Assembly (NCBI GenBank): GCA_039815855.1
Contig: JBCBYL010000001.1
Location: 1 to 48,090, forward strand
DNA length: 48,090 nt
Origin: Verrucomicrobiota bacterium
GTDB taxonomy: Bacteria > Verrucomicrobiota > Verrucomicrobiia > Methylacidiphilales > JBCBYL01
Direction of reading: 5' to 3'
In this document: one piece after another, positions 19,309 through 27,717 of the stretch
Numbering within the stretch: the stretch's first letter is position 1
How the letters are laid out: each line of letters begins with the position of its first letter
Program-made: the position numbers and the translations under genes
Notes under the pieces: model-generated
Database searches by the model: none
What the model saw: the letters and a program-made list of their open reading frames with translations, nothing else
Told to the model about the DNA's origin: nothing

Positions 19309-19766
19309 CCCGGCCGCTTCTCTGGAGTGGCTGCCGCAGTGAGAGGCCTGCTCCTCGATGCCCACCTCCGGGAAGCTATACCGTTTCCAAGATCCATGTC
19401 AGGGCTCAGCCGGGGCGGGCTGCTTGCGTCAGCTACGTAGAGTGGGAAAAAAGAGAAAAAGGGGAAATAGAGAAAAAAGGGGAAACTTCCCCCTTTCAGG
19501 CCCACGATGAAGGCCAATACACCCAAATCCTTTTTACGCCTTCGTGCGTACGAACCACGTTCGCTTTCAATCCGCCTCAACGCACCTCCTTCTCTAAGTC
19601 CATCTATACGTAAACCTTATATTAAGTTCAGATGATAACTTTTTGTACTTTTGATGTTGACCGCCCTGCCTGAAAATGTAGCTTTAATTCATTAAATATA
19701 TTTTATGGAACAGGTACTTGCTTATCTTTGATGTGTCAGTGCCAAGTTAAATAAGGAATAAAAAGT

Positions 19767-21596
19767 ATGATTACACAATGGTTCAACAAAAAATTAAAGG
19801 TCCTCAGCCTCTTGGCAGGGACACTCATCACTGCGCTTAGTAGCTCGGCACAAGCGCAGCTTGTCTGGGATGGGACTACCGATAGTGACTGGAATACGAC
19901 CTCCAATAACTGGGATGCTGGCGGGGGACCAGGGATTGCGCCTTGGGTGAACTCAAATGATGCTCAATTTGGCTTAACTGGTGCGGGCACGGTCACGGCG
20001 ACCGAAGCCATTATCGCCGGCACAATGACTTTCACCGACGGAGCCTATACCTTTGAAGCTTCGGGCGGCTCACTCTCGTTCACCACCTTGGATACCACAG
20101 GAGCCGCCAGTGTTGGTTTTAACAGCGTGCTCGCGGGGTCAGGGACGATCACCAGCGTTGTCGATGGAAATTGGAATGGCGACAACTCGGCTTTCACCGG
20201 CACCATCAACCACAGCTCCGGAAGCATTTCAATCAACAACGCCAACAGCTTGGGGACGGGGACCTTGAATATGAGCGGTGGAGATCTTTTAAGTGTGAAT
20301 CAATCCATCCTCAACAACACCGTGACGGTCAACCTGACGGGTGGGCGAATAGGTGGGGCTGGACCCGGTGATCAACTCCGTTTTGCAGGCGCCGTTAATT
20401 TCAATACGGGTTCGACTATCACCATTGGAAATACAGTCAACAACCGCACCGTGGCCTTTGAAAGCGGCTCCACCTTTGGCGGTAACGCCAGTAGTGTCAC
20501 GATCGGCCGTTCTACCACCTTCCTCCGGTCAGGAACCAATTTGACTTACACCGGGGACTTCAACATCCAACGGACCGGTCCTGGGGACTCGGTTCTGAAC
20601 CTCGGAGACGGGCTCGATCTCACCACGAATTCCAACAACATTAACTTCAATGGAAGCAATAACGATAGGCAACGTATACTCGAAGTCACTGATGGCGGGA
20701 CAGTAACTCTCGATACCATTTCGCAGAACGAAACCACCGCTGGTCTGGTAAAGTTGGAAACTACGAATAGCAGCACCCTGAACGTAAATGGTGTGATTTC
20801 CGGTAACTATATAGACATTACTGGTGACGGCTCCGGCACCACCAACTTCAACGCTGTTAACACCTACACCGGTAACACCAACGTCAATGCCGGAACACTG
20901 GTCCTGGACGGGACAGGCTCGGTCAACGATTCTGCTGAGATCAATGTTGCTACTGGTGCGACCCTCACTAATAACTCTTCGGTAGCTCTTACAACCAGCA
21001 TCGTTGCCGACGGAATCGTCAATGGGACAGGAACCATCGTCTTGGCGGCTGGAAATACGTTAACTGGATCTGGATCGACAAGTTTGGTCACCACCATTGA
21101 AAGTGGTGGAACCCTGTCACCTGGTAACAGCCCGGGAATTTTCACCAATAGCGCAGATTTAAATTTAGAGGAGAATTCCGTTGTCGAATGGGAACTGATT
21201 GATAATACAGCTGCTGGCCGAGGAAACAATTTTGATGGAGTTGATGTCACGGGTGGAGCACTCAGCATTGAAGACAACGTCGACTTTAATCTGACTTTCG
21301 ATCTGGGCACATCTACTGTCGATTTTACTGATAGCTTCTGGGATTCCGATCAGAGCTGGCTGGTATTCGATAACAGCAATAGCCCTTTAATAACAGACAC
21401 TACCGATATCTTTAACTTGGGCACGATTTCCCTAGACAGCCTTGGTAACGACTTCTCAGTCACACAAGGCGCCCTGGCCTTTAGCCAGTCTGGAAATGAT
21501 ATTTTCCTGAATTACACCGCGATTCCAGAGCCATCCACCTTTGCACTCTTTGGACTCGGTTTAGGTGCGCTTTATTTCTTACGTCGTAAGAAATAA
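19767..21596 (+). CDS. PEP-CTERM-anchored surface protein with autotransporter-associated beta-strand (PATR) repeats
   Basis: 609 aa with a signal peptide (LSLLAGTLITALSSSAQA). It starts QLVWDG.TDSDWNT.SNNWD, has G/T/N-rich beta-strand repeats, and ends in a C-terminal sorting signal: IPEPSTFALFGLGLGALYFLRRKK. Confidence 0.85.
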   Translation: MITQWFNKKLKVLSLLAGTLITALSSSAQAQLVWDGTTDSDWNTTSNNWDAGGGPGIAPWVNSNDAQFGLTGAGTVTATEAIIAGTMTFTDGAYTFEASGGSLSFTTLDTTGAASVGFNSVLAGSGTITSVVDGNWNGDNSAFTGTINHSSGSISINNANSLGTGTLNMSGGDLLSVNQSILNNTVTVNLTGGRIGGAGPGDQLRFAGAVNFNTGSTITIGNTVNNRTVAFESGSTFGGNASSVTIGRSTTFLRSGTNLTYTGDFNIQRTGPGDSVLNLGDGLDLTTNSNNINFNGSNNDRQRILEVTDGGTVTLDTISQNETTAGLVKLETTNSSTLNVNGVISGNYIDITGDGSGTTNFNAVNTYTGNTNVNAGTLVLDGTGSVNDSAEINVATGATLTNNSSVALTTSIVADGIVNGTGTIVLAAGNTLTGSGSTSLVTTIESGGTLSPGNSPGIFTNSADLNLEENSVVEWELIDNTAAGRGNNFDGVDVTGGALSIEDNVDFNLTFDLGTSTVDFTDSFWDSDQSWLVFDNSNSPLITDTTDIFNLGTISLDSLGNDFSVTQGALAFSQSGNDIFLNYTAIPEPSTFALFGLGLGALYFLRRKK

Positions 21597-21623
21597 TACG
21601 TCCCACGAAGTTTTGATTTAAAG

Positions 21624-21656
21624 CCGGTCACTCCCAGAGAGTGGCCGGTTTTTTTT
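21624..21656 (+). terminator. Rho-independent terminator downstream of the PEP-CTERM gene
   Basis: Stem CCGGTCACTC / GAGTGGCCGG (10 bp including one G-U pair), 5-nt loop CCAGA, then a run of 8 T. It starts 28 nt after the stop codon. Confidence 0.8.
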
Positions 21657-21812
21657 GTAGTGGAGTGAGACAGATTCTCTATCTACTTTAGGCATGAACC
21701 ACTTGTATGTGGTGTCCTCGCAGCCGCTCGACTCAATCACCGGATGCAATTCACTGTGAGTGAATTCATCCTCGACGATTGACGGGTCTTCTCCTCGTTT
21801 TTAGAATGAAAT

Positions 21813-23270
21813 ATGAAGTTATTCCGCCTCCTCATCCTAAGCAGTCTTGCTCTATCTATACAGTTGTCCCTGGTTCTGGCGGAAGTACATATGGCGAATG
21901 GAATCAAGATCGGCGAAGTTGATTCGGATTCTGCTATCATCTGGACCAGACTGACTCAAACTCCGGAAGGGCTTCGCCCCGGGGTGTCGTTTATCGCGCT
22001 CAAGAAGTTGAACGTGAGAAAAACGGCTCCCGGTTATGATGGAATGGATCAGCTTCCAGAGGGGAAAACGCTGGCTGAGATGGAAGGCGCGGTTCCGGGC
22101 GTAGCCGGCGAGGTGCGACTCACCTATTGGCCTGAAAATGCAGAGGAGCAGAAAATCGACACCGGATGGCATCCGGTCGATGCGCATCGAGATTACACGC
22201 GACAATTCCAGATCACCCAGCTTCAGCCTGGGACCCGCTATCACATACTCATCAAAGGACGCCCTCTCTCTGGCGATTCGGCGGCTTCCGTGCTCGAGGG
22301 TAGCTTTATGACCGCCCCTTTAGCAGATGAAGTCATCGACATTTGCGGGGTGATCACCACGTGTGGTGATTATGAGCGCATGGATGATGACTTAAATGGG
22401 CATACGATCTACCAGACGATCTTGGATCAGATCAAGCCGCACTTCTTTGTTCATGCCGGGGACATTGAATACTATGATAAGCCTAATCCTTGGGCTCCAA
22501 GCAGGGATTTGGCCCGTTTCAAAATGACCCGACTCTACGCGATGCCCTTCAATCGTAAGCTGCACCGCTACACAGCCAGTTATTTCATGAAAGACGACCA
22601 TGATATTACTAAAAATGATGCCTGGCCCGGGCAGAATTTTGGAGCGCTCACCTGGGAGATCGGCTTGGACGTTTTCGCTGAGCAATTTCCTGTCGGTGAA
22701 CAACCATATCGTACTGTCCGCTGGGGGAAGGATTTACAAATTTGGATGTTGGAGGGCAGAGAGTACCGGTCGCCAAATAATCTCCCGGATGGGCCTGAGA
22801 AAACCATCCTGGGTCAGAAACAGAAGCAATGGCTCTTCGATACTGTGAAAGAGTCGGATGCCACCTTCAAAGTCCTGATTAGCTCAACCCCCATCGTCGG
22901 GCCGGACCGCAAAAACAAAAAAGATAATCATGCCAACCTGGTCTTTCAGCATGAAGGGGATGAGCTCCGTCGCTTTATCAGCAAACAGAAAAATCTCTTT
23001 GTCGCCAACGGTGATCGGCATTGGCAATACCATGCCATCGACGAAGAAACCGGAGTTCATGAATTTTCCTGCGGACCCCATAGTGATCAGCATGCAGGCG
23101 GGTTTAGTGCGGACATGAAAACCGCCGAACATCAGTTCTTACGGATCAAGGGCGGATTCCTATCAGTGCAGGTCTCACGCCAGAGTGGTCAGCCCCAAAT
23201 CTCTTTTCAGCATCATGATGTGCAAGGCAAAGTCGTCAACGAGGCCGTTTTTTTCCAGGAAACACGGTAA
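21813..23270 (+). CDS. PhoD-like phosphatase (calcineurin-type metallophosphatase fold), secreted
   Basis: 485 aa with a signal peptide. PhoD_N-like motif is GEVDSDSAIIWTRLT. Metallophosphatase motifs are FFVHAGDIEYYD, FMKDDHD and VANGDRHWQYH. Confidence 0.75.
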   Translation: MKLFRLLILSSLALSIQLSLVLAEVHMANGIKIGEVDSDSAIIWTRLTQTPEGLRPGVSFIALKKLNVRKTAPGYDGMDQLPEGKTLAEMEGAVPGVAGEVRLTYWPENAEEQKIDTGWHPVDAHRDYTRQFQITQLQPGTRYHILIKGRPLSGDSAASVLEGSFMTAPLADEVIDICGVITTCGDYERMDDDLNGHTIYQTILDQIKPHFFVHAGDIEYYDKPNPWAPSRDLARFKMTRLYAMPFNRKLHRYTASYFMKDDHDITKNDAWPGQNFGALTWEIGLDVFAEQFPVGEQPYRTVRWGKDLQIWMLEGREYRSPNNLPDGPEKTILGQKQKQWLFDTVKESDATFKVLISSTPIVGPDRKNKKDNHANLVFQHEGDELRRFISKQKNLFVANGDRHWQYHAIDEETGVHEFSCGPHSDQHAGGFSADMKTAEHQFLRIKGGFLSVQVSRQSGQPQISFQHHDVQGKVVNEAVFFQETR

Positions 23271-23423
23271 GTATCAGTCGTTCCATTTGAACTCGATCGA
23301 TTTTGCTCTGCACAGCTTACCAGGATGATTGATAATAACAGAGATATCGCCGCATTGACCTCAAGGGTTCTAGCAATAGAATATAATGCCATGTTTTAAG
23401 GGCAACGTTTGCTCCCTCAGCCA

Positions 23424-24941
23424 ATGAAAAACCTCCTCTGCTTACTTCTTACCTCAACCATGATTTCAACAGCCTGTGCGAAGCAGGCTCCGAATCTCGT
23501 CTACATTCTAGTCGATGACATGGGCTACGGTGATGTCTCCTCCTTAAATCCAGATTCCAAGATTAAGACGCCGAACATCGATCGGCTGGCAACGGAGGGA
23601 ATGATCTTCACCGATGCACACACCAGTTCCTCAGTCTGCACTCCAACCCGTTATAATGTCCTCACAGGTCGTTATAATTGGCGCACCTCTCTTAAACGAG
23701 GGGTGCTCGACGGGTATGGCCCGCCCTTGATCCAAGAAGATCGCCTCACCTTTGCCACCCTCTACCAACAGCAAGGCTACGCGACCGCGATGATTGGTAA
23801 GTGGCACCTCGGAATGGGCTTACCACTCTCGGGGAAAAAGACGGTCGACTGGTCGAAGCGAATCGACCGCACCCCGACCAGTAATGGCTTCGATTATTTC
23901 TGGGGGCACGGTGCGTCACTGGACTTTCCGCCTTACGTGTATATTGAGAATAACCATTACACGTCCACGAACGTCACCGAAACAGCACGTGGAGAGAATA
24001 TCCCCACCTATGGGAAAATGCGGAAGGGACCGATTGCGGACAACTTCGATCCCATGCAAACCCTGGATGAGTTCTGCAACCGTGCCGCCGATTACATTCT
24101 CAAGGCCGATCCGGAGAAACCATTCTGCCTCTACGTGCCATTGACCAGCCCGCACACACCGATCTATCCGACGGAAGAGTGGCAGGGTAAGAGTGGGCTC
24201 AATGCCTATGGCGACTTCTGTATGCAGACCGATGCCGGTGTCGGACGTATTCTCTATGCGCTGGACGAACGTGGGATCGCGGAGAATACCATCATCATTT
24301 TCACCGCGGACAACGGCTGTTCGCGGGCGGCTAATATTAAGGAGATGCAGGCAAAAGATCACTATCCGAGCTATATCTACCGAGGCAGCAAAGCCGATCT
24401 CTGGGAAGGTGGCTTACGGGTCCCGCACCTCGTGCGCTGGCCGGATGCCATTGCAGCAGGTTCACGCACAGACCGACTCACACTCCTCGGCGATATTTTC
24501 GCGACGGTTGCAGAAATTCTTGCAGTTGAGCTGCCTGACAATGCCGGCGAAGACAGCTTCAGTTATCTCTCTGCTCTCAAGGGAGAAGAGGGAGCGGATA
24601 ACCGAGACCATATTGTTGGTCATTCATTTTCCGGGCTTTTCTCAATACGGAAAGGAAAGTGGAAGCTGCTCTACTGCGCAGGTTCCGGTGGCTGGACTTC
24701 ACCTAATGAAAAAGAAGCGGCGAAACAGGGCCTGCCCAAGTATCAGCTATACGATCTGGAAGCCGATCCCGGTGAAACCACCAACCTGATTGCCAGCCAG
24801 CCCGATGTAGAGAAAGAACTGACAACCTTACTCACTCAACTCATTGAGCAAGGACGCAGCACGCCGGGAGCTCCCCAGCAGAACCACAATGGCATCAATC
24901 GCTGGCCACAGACGAATTGGATGAAAGGGGTCATTCCGTAA
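23424..24941 (+). CDS. Arylsulfatase (formylglycine-dependent, family S1)
   Basis: Signal peptide MKNLLCLLLTSTMISTACA. Motifs are PNLVYILVDDMGYGD, the FGly motif SSVCTPTRYNVLTGRY, GKWHLG, FTADNG and QLYDLEADPGETTNL. The ORF track opens at TTG 23409 and the ATG at 23424 is preferred. The last 5 codons and the stop lie inside a 28-bp repeat copy. Confidence 0.9.
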   Translation: MKNLLCLLLTSTMISTACAKQAPNLVYILVDDMGYGDVSSLNPDSKIKTPNIDRLATEGMIFTDAHTSSSVCTPTRYNVLTGRYNWRTSLKRGVLDGYGPPLIQEDRLTFATLYQQQGYATAMIGKWHLGMGLPLSGKKTVDWSKRIDRTPTSNGFDYFWGHGASLDFPPYVYIENNHYTSTNVTETARGENIPTYGKMRKGPIADNFDPMQTLDEFCNRAADYILKADPEKPFCLYVPLTSPHTPIYPTEEWQGKSGLNAYGDFCMQTDAGVGRILYALDERGIAENTIIIFTADNGCSRAANIKEMQAKDHYPSYIYRGSKADLWEGGLRVPHLVRWPDAIAAGSRTDRLTLLGDIFATVAEILAVELPDNAGEDSFSYLSALKGEEGADNRDHIVGHSFSGLFSIRKGKWKLLYCAGSGGWTSPNEKEAAKQGLPKYQLYDLEADPGETTNLIASQPDVEKELTTLLTQLIEQGRSTPGAPQQNHNGINRWPQTNWMKGVIP

Positions 24942-24952
24942 TCGTTGCAATT
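24925..24952 (+). repeat. Solo copy of the 28-bp repeat family (distal-end type)
   Basis: AAGGGGTCATTCCGTAATCGTTGCAATT. The first 18 nt are identical to the copies at 12204, 27718 and 28131(rc). The variable tail most resembles the 27718 copy (TATTGTAATT). Confidence 0.75.
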
Positions 24953-25137
24953 AAGCCTTCATAGTGTGAAATCCGGAATTCGCGATCCAACTCAAGGCCA
25001 TGCAGCAAGTTTAGTCCGAGGAAATGCAGCGACTGGATGACCCGATCAGTTGATGGCTTTCGTTTGAATTCGACTAGGACGGGTCTGTAGATTTTATGAT
25101 TTAGTCTGGTGAAGCGTCATTTTCAACTCATGCTAAG

Positions 25138-26112
25138 ATGATGAAATCAGTATTTGTTCTAAGTTGCTCATTGGCCCTCCTGTTCGTCCCATGCTCTCCA
25201 GTCAAAGCGACGACGTTAAGTGAAGACCTGATCACAGAATTTAATGTCGGCTTTGATAAGCCACTTCAGCCCAACACCGACCTGGTCGCTAAGGCGAAAG
25301 AAATTGTCGCAGGGATTCCACTCAAAGTGGAACCCAAGCAAAAACGCAAAGTGCTCATCTATGGGATTTCCTGGGGGCCGCATCGTAATGGAATGCTGAC
25401 AGCGGTCGAAACCCTCAAAATGATCGGGGAAGTGACCGGTGCCTATGAATCCGTTATTTCACTGGATCTAGCCAACTTCGAACCGGAAGCACTGAAACAA
25501 TTTGATGCGGTCATTTTCCCCAATTCAACCGGTGATGTCTTTGTTCGCCCTGTCGCCAAAAATGCATTCAAAGAGATTCCGAAAGAGGAACAACAGAAGC
25601 AATTGGCCAATGCCAAACGGCTCGCAAACAATCTGGTGGAATATGTCGCAAAGGGTGGTGGATTTCTAGGCACGCATGGCGCCACGGATTGTAATAAAAA
25701 AATTCCGGAATACATCGAAATGGTAGGCGGTGCCTTTTATGGACATCCCTGGGGACCGAAAAATACGGTAACCATCAACGTCGATGAACCGGAGCATGGT
25801 TTAATCAAGGGGATCTTCGACGAACCTGAATTCCAGTTTAATGACGAAATTTATGAATTTAATAAATTCTCAAAAGAGAAAGTGCGGATCCTACTGTCCC
25901 TGAATATCGAAAAATCAGATCCGCCTGTCAAAAAGATGAAAACCGACTACGTACCCATTGCCTGGCTGAAGCAACATGGTGAGGGGAGGGTCTTTTTCTC
26001 ATCGTTCGGCCACGCTGAGAAAACCTGGTCCAATGAGCGTTTCCTGCAATTCTTAATTCCAGCACTGCAGTATGCGACCGGGGATTACGAGGTGAATGAT
26101 TCATTGAATTAA
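25138..26112 (+). CDS. ThuA-like (trehalose-utilisation A / class-I glutamine-amidotransferase-like fold) secreted protein
   Basis: 324 aa with a signal peptide. ThuA-type motifs are KVLIYGISWG, FDAVIFPNSTGD, GGGFLGTHGATD and PIAWLKQHGEGRVFFSSFGH. Confidence 0.7.
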   Translation: MMKSVFVLSCSLALLFVPCSPVKATTLSEDLITEFNVGFDKPLQPNTDLVAKAKEIVAGIPLKVEPKQKRKVLIYGISWGPHRNGMLTAVETLKMIGEVTGAYESVISLDLANFEPEALKQFDAVIFPNSTGDVFVRPVAKNAFKEIPKEEQQKQLANAKRLANNLVEYVAKGGGFLGTHGATDCNKKIPEYIEMVGGAFYGHPWGPKNTVTINVDEPEHGLIKGIFDEPEFQFNDEIYEFNKFSKEKVRILLSLNIEKSDPPVKKMKTDYVPIAWLKQHGEGRVFFSSFGHAEKTWSNERFLQFLIPALQYATGDYEVNDSLN

Positions 26113-26210
26113 ATCCAAGTTGCCCCGTTCAGTGTCTCTCGAGCAGGATGAACGATTTCTGGACCTCAAGCGCAGTGCACATTTAGGCGCAAAGAAATTC
26201 ACATGAACCC

Positions 26211-27716
26211 TCAGGGAACCTGAAGGAGAGTCTCTTCCGGGGTTTTGAGATTTGAGGGCCCTTGCAGAAATCCTCTTTCCACCAGAAAGTGATCGAGTTT
26301 CAGGATGCTTAGGGTGTTCCAGGGTTCTTTCCTGAAAAACATGTGACCTCGATCCGGGGCCATCCAGTTTTCGACATCGACATCACGAGCCTTTAATTCA
26401 TAGACCAGAGCATCACTTGAGTTCTTCCAGCCATCGGTTTCACCGACGAGGAAGAGTGTGGGAGGCCAGTCACCTTCCAGATGATGAAAGACATTCACGT
26501 CAGGTTTCTGGTCACGATCTAAGGTCGTAAAGGCTGGGCAGAAGAGCAGGAATGCCTGGACTGCGGTGTCGATGTCCTGAGGGTCCTTCGGATTATTGTA
26601 TTGCTGATCCATCATGGCCAGCGCTGCGATATGCCCACCTGCGGAGCCTCCGCCGGCCGCGATACGCTTCGTATCGATTCCCAGTTCCTCAGCATTGGCT
26701 TTGGCCCAGCGGATGACAGTTTTCCCATCGATAACGCAAATCCGTTTCCGTGATTCACCTGCAGGCAAGGCTTCCTTTTGCTCCTTGGTCAGTAAGGAAT
26801 AGTCAGCGGTGATCGCTACCATTCCGCGCCCCGCTAAGTAATCACAAATAGGATTAAATTGAGAAAGGGACCCGCCGGACCACCCGCCTCCATGAAAAAA
26901 GATGGCACAAGGGCGAGGCCCGGGATACTCATCGGGATCAGGAAAAAAAGCCCGTATCTTGTGTGAAGCTCCATTCATCCCAATATAGCTGTAGTCCTGC
27001 GTTGAGTTGATTCCACGCGTCGGGGTGACGGCAACGCTGCTTTGGGTGTTTTCCGCTTCGGTTTTGACGAGATCGATCTGGATTAGCCCCAGTCTCCAAG
27101 ATGGAGTCCCGGAAACTCCCGCTGAGAAAATGAGTTTGTCACCATGTTCAAGTGCGATCGTGCCGGCTTTGAAGCTGTTGGTGCCCGGCCCGGTCCGGTT
27201 CAGCTCTTTCAGTAAAATTGCATTTTCGCTGAAGTCATAGACAAAAAAATCTGAGCTGTCGTCACGGGTGTACATCCGGGTGCTCACAGTGGGGATGATG
27301 AGGGATTGGTCGGGATTCAGTTTGAGGTCCGTGATGGTGAAGATGATTGCTTCTCCTGCGTCAACGTCACGATTCACCACGCCGAGGTGGCCTTTTTCTG
27401 CGGTGATGGATGCAGACGGTAGTTCATCAAGGTAGGCAGCCAGGGTTCCCAGAGAAGAGACTTCCCTGGCCTTTTCCGGGGAATAACCGGTAACCGCTGT
27501 GACGACCATTCCAATGGAAGTGCCCTCACTTCCGTAAGTGACCGCCCCATCTTGAATTTCAAAATCACTGTTCGTGAGAGAGGGCTCCAGTGCAATATCC
27601 AACCTGGCTGTAAAGGAATCCTGCGTTATAGACTTAGGCGTCAGAGTGATCTGTGCCCAGAGGACAGTCTCTGAGAAGAGAAAGAGGATGAGTACAAAAC
27701 GGTGTAGTCTTTTCAT
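26211..27716 (-). CDS. Two-domain esterase: unknown N-terminal beta-rich domain plus an alpha/beta-hydrolase (Abhydrolase_3/CE10-like) domain
   Basis: 501 aa with a signal peptide. Oxyanion motif is IFFHGGGWSGGS and the nucleophile elbow is GGGSAGGHIA. The distal DRGHMF provides a candidate catalytic His. The ATG lies 1 nt from a 28-bp repeat copy. Confidence 0.75.
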   Translation of the reverse strand: MKRLHRFVLILFLFSETVLWAQITLTPKSITQDSFTARLDIALEPSLTNSDFEIQDGAVTYGSEGTSIGMVVTAVTGYSPEKAREVSSLGTLAAYLDELPSASITAEKGHLGVVNRDVDAGEAIIFTITDLKLNPDQSLIIPTVSTRMYTRDDSSDFFVYDFSENAILLKELNRTGPGTNSFKAGTIALEHGDKLIFSAGVSGTPSWRLGLIQIDLVKTEAENTQSSVAVTPTRGINSTQDYSYIGMNGASHKIRAFFPDPDEYPGPRPCAIFFHGGGWSGGSLSQFNPICDYLAGRGMVAITADYSLLTKEQKEALPAGESRKRICVIDGKTVIRWAKANAEELGIDTKRIAAGGGSAGGHIAALAMMDQQYNNPKDPQDIDTAVQAFLLFCPAFTTLDRDQKPDVNVFHHLEGDWPPTLFLVGETDGWKNSSDALVYELKARDVDVENWMAPDRGHMFFRKEPWNTLSILKLDHFLVERGFLQGPSNLKTPEETLLQVP

Positions 27717-27717
27717 A

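Noticed and set aside
19479-19497. GGGGAAACTTCCCC hairpin followed by CTTTC as a terminator for the 1717-aa gene
   Set aside because: The loop would be only 2-4 nt, the T-tract is 3 nt, and the hairpin lies 170 nt past the stop within the purine tract. The evidence is too weak to call.
19239-19580. 113-aa minus-strand ORF in the long intergenic region (FPFFLYFPFFSFFPLY...)
   Set aside because: It is a translation of the polypurine tract's complement, it overlaps the end of the 1717-aa gene, and it has no protein-like features.
19657-19685. Sigma-70-like promoter (TTGACC-N16/17-TAGCTT) upstream of the PEP-CTERM gene
   Set aside because: The -10 match is poor, PVC promoter consensus is uncertain, and many similar matches occur by chance in A+T-rich DNA.
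19767-21596. A classical autotransporter (type V secretion) interpretation of the PATR-repeat protein
   Set aside because: There is no C-terminal beta-barrel translocator domain. The protein ends in a PEP-CTERM sorting signal instead.
25138-25150. The shared ATGATGAAA start of the ThuA-like gene and the sulfatase genes (35087, 36660, 38200) as evidence that ThuA belongs to the duplicated-junction family
   Set aside because: The similarity stops after about 11 nt and the signal peptides then diverge. This is probably coincidence or a generic MMK start.
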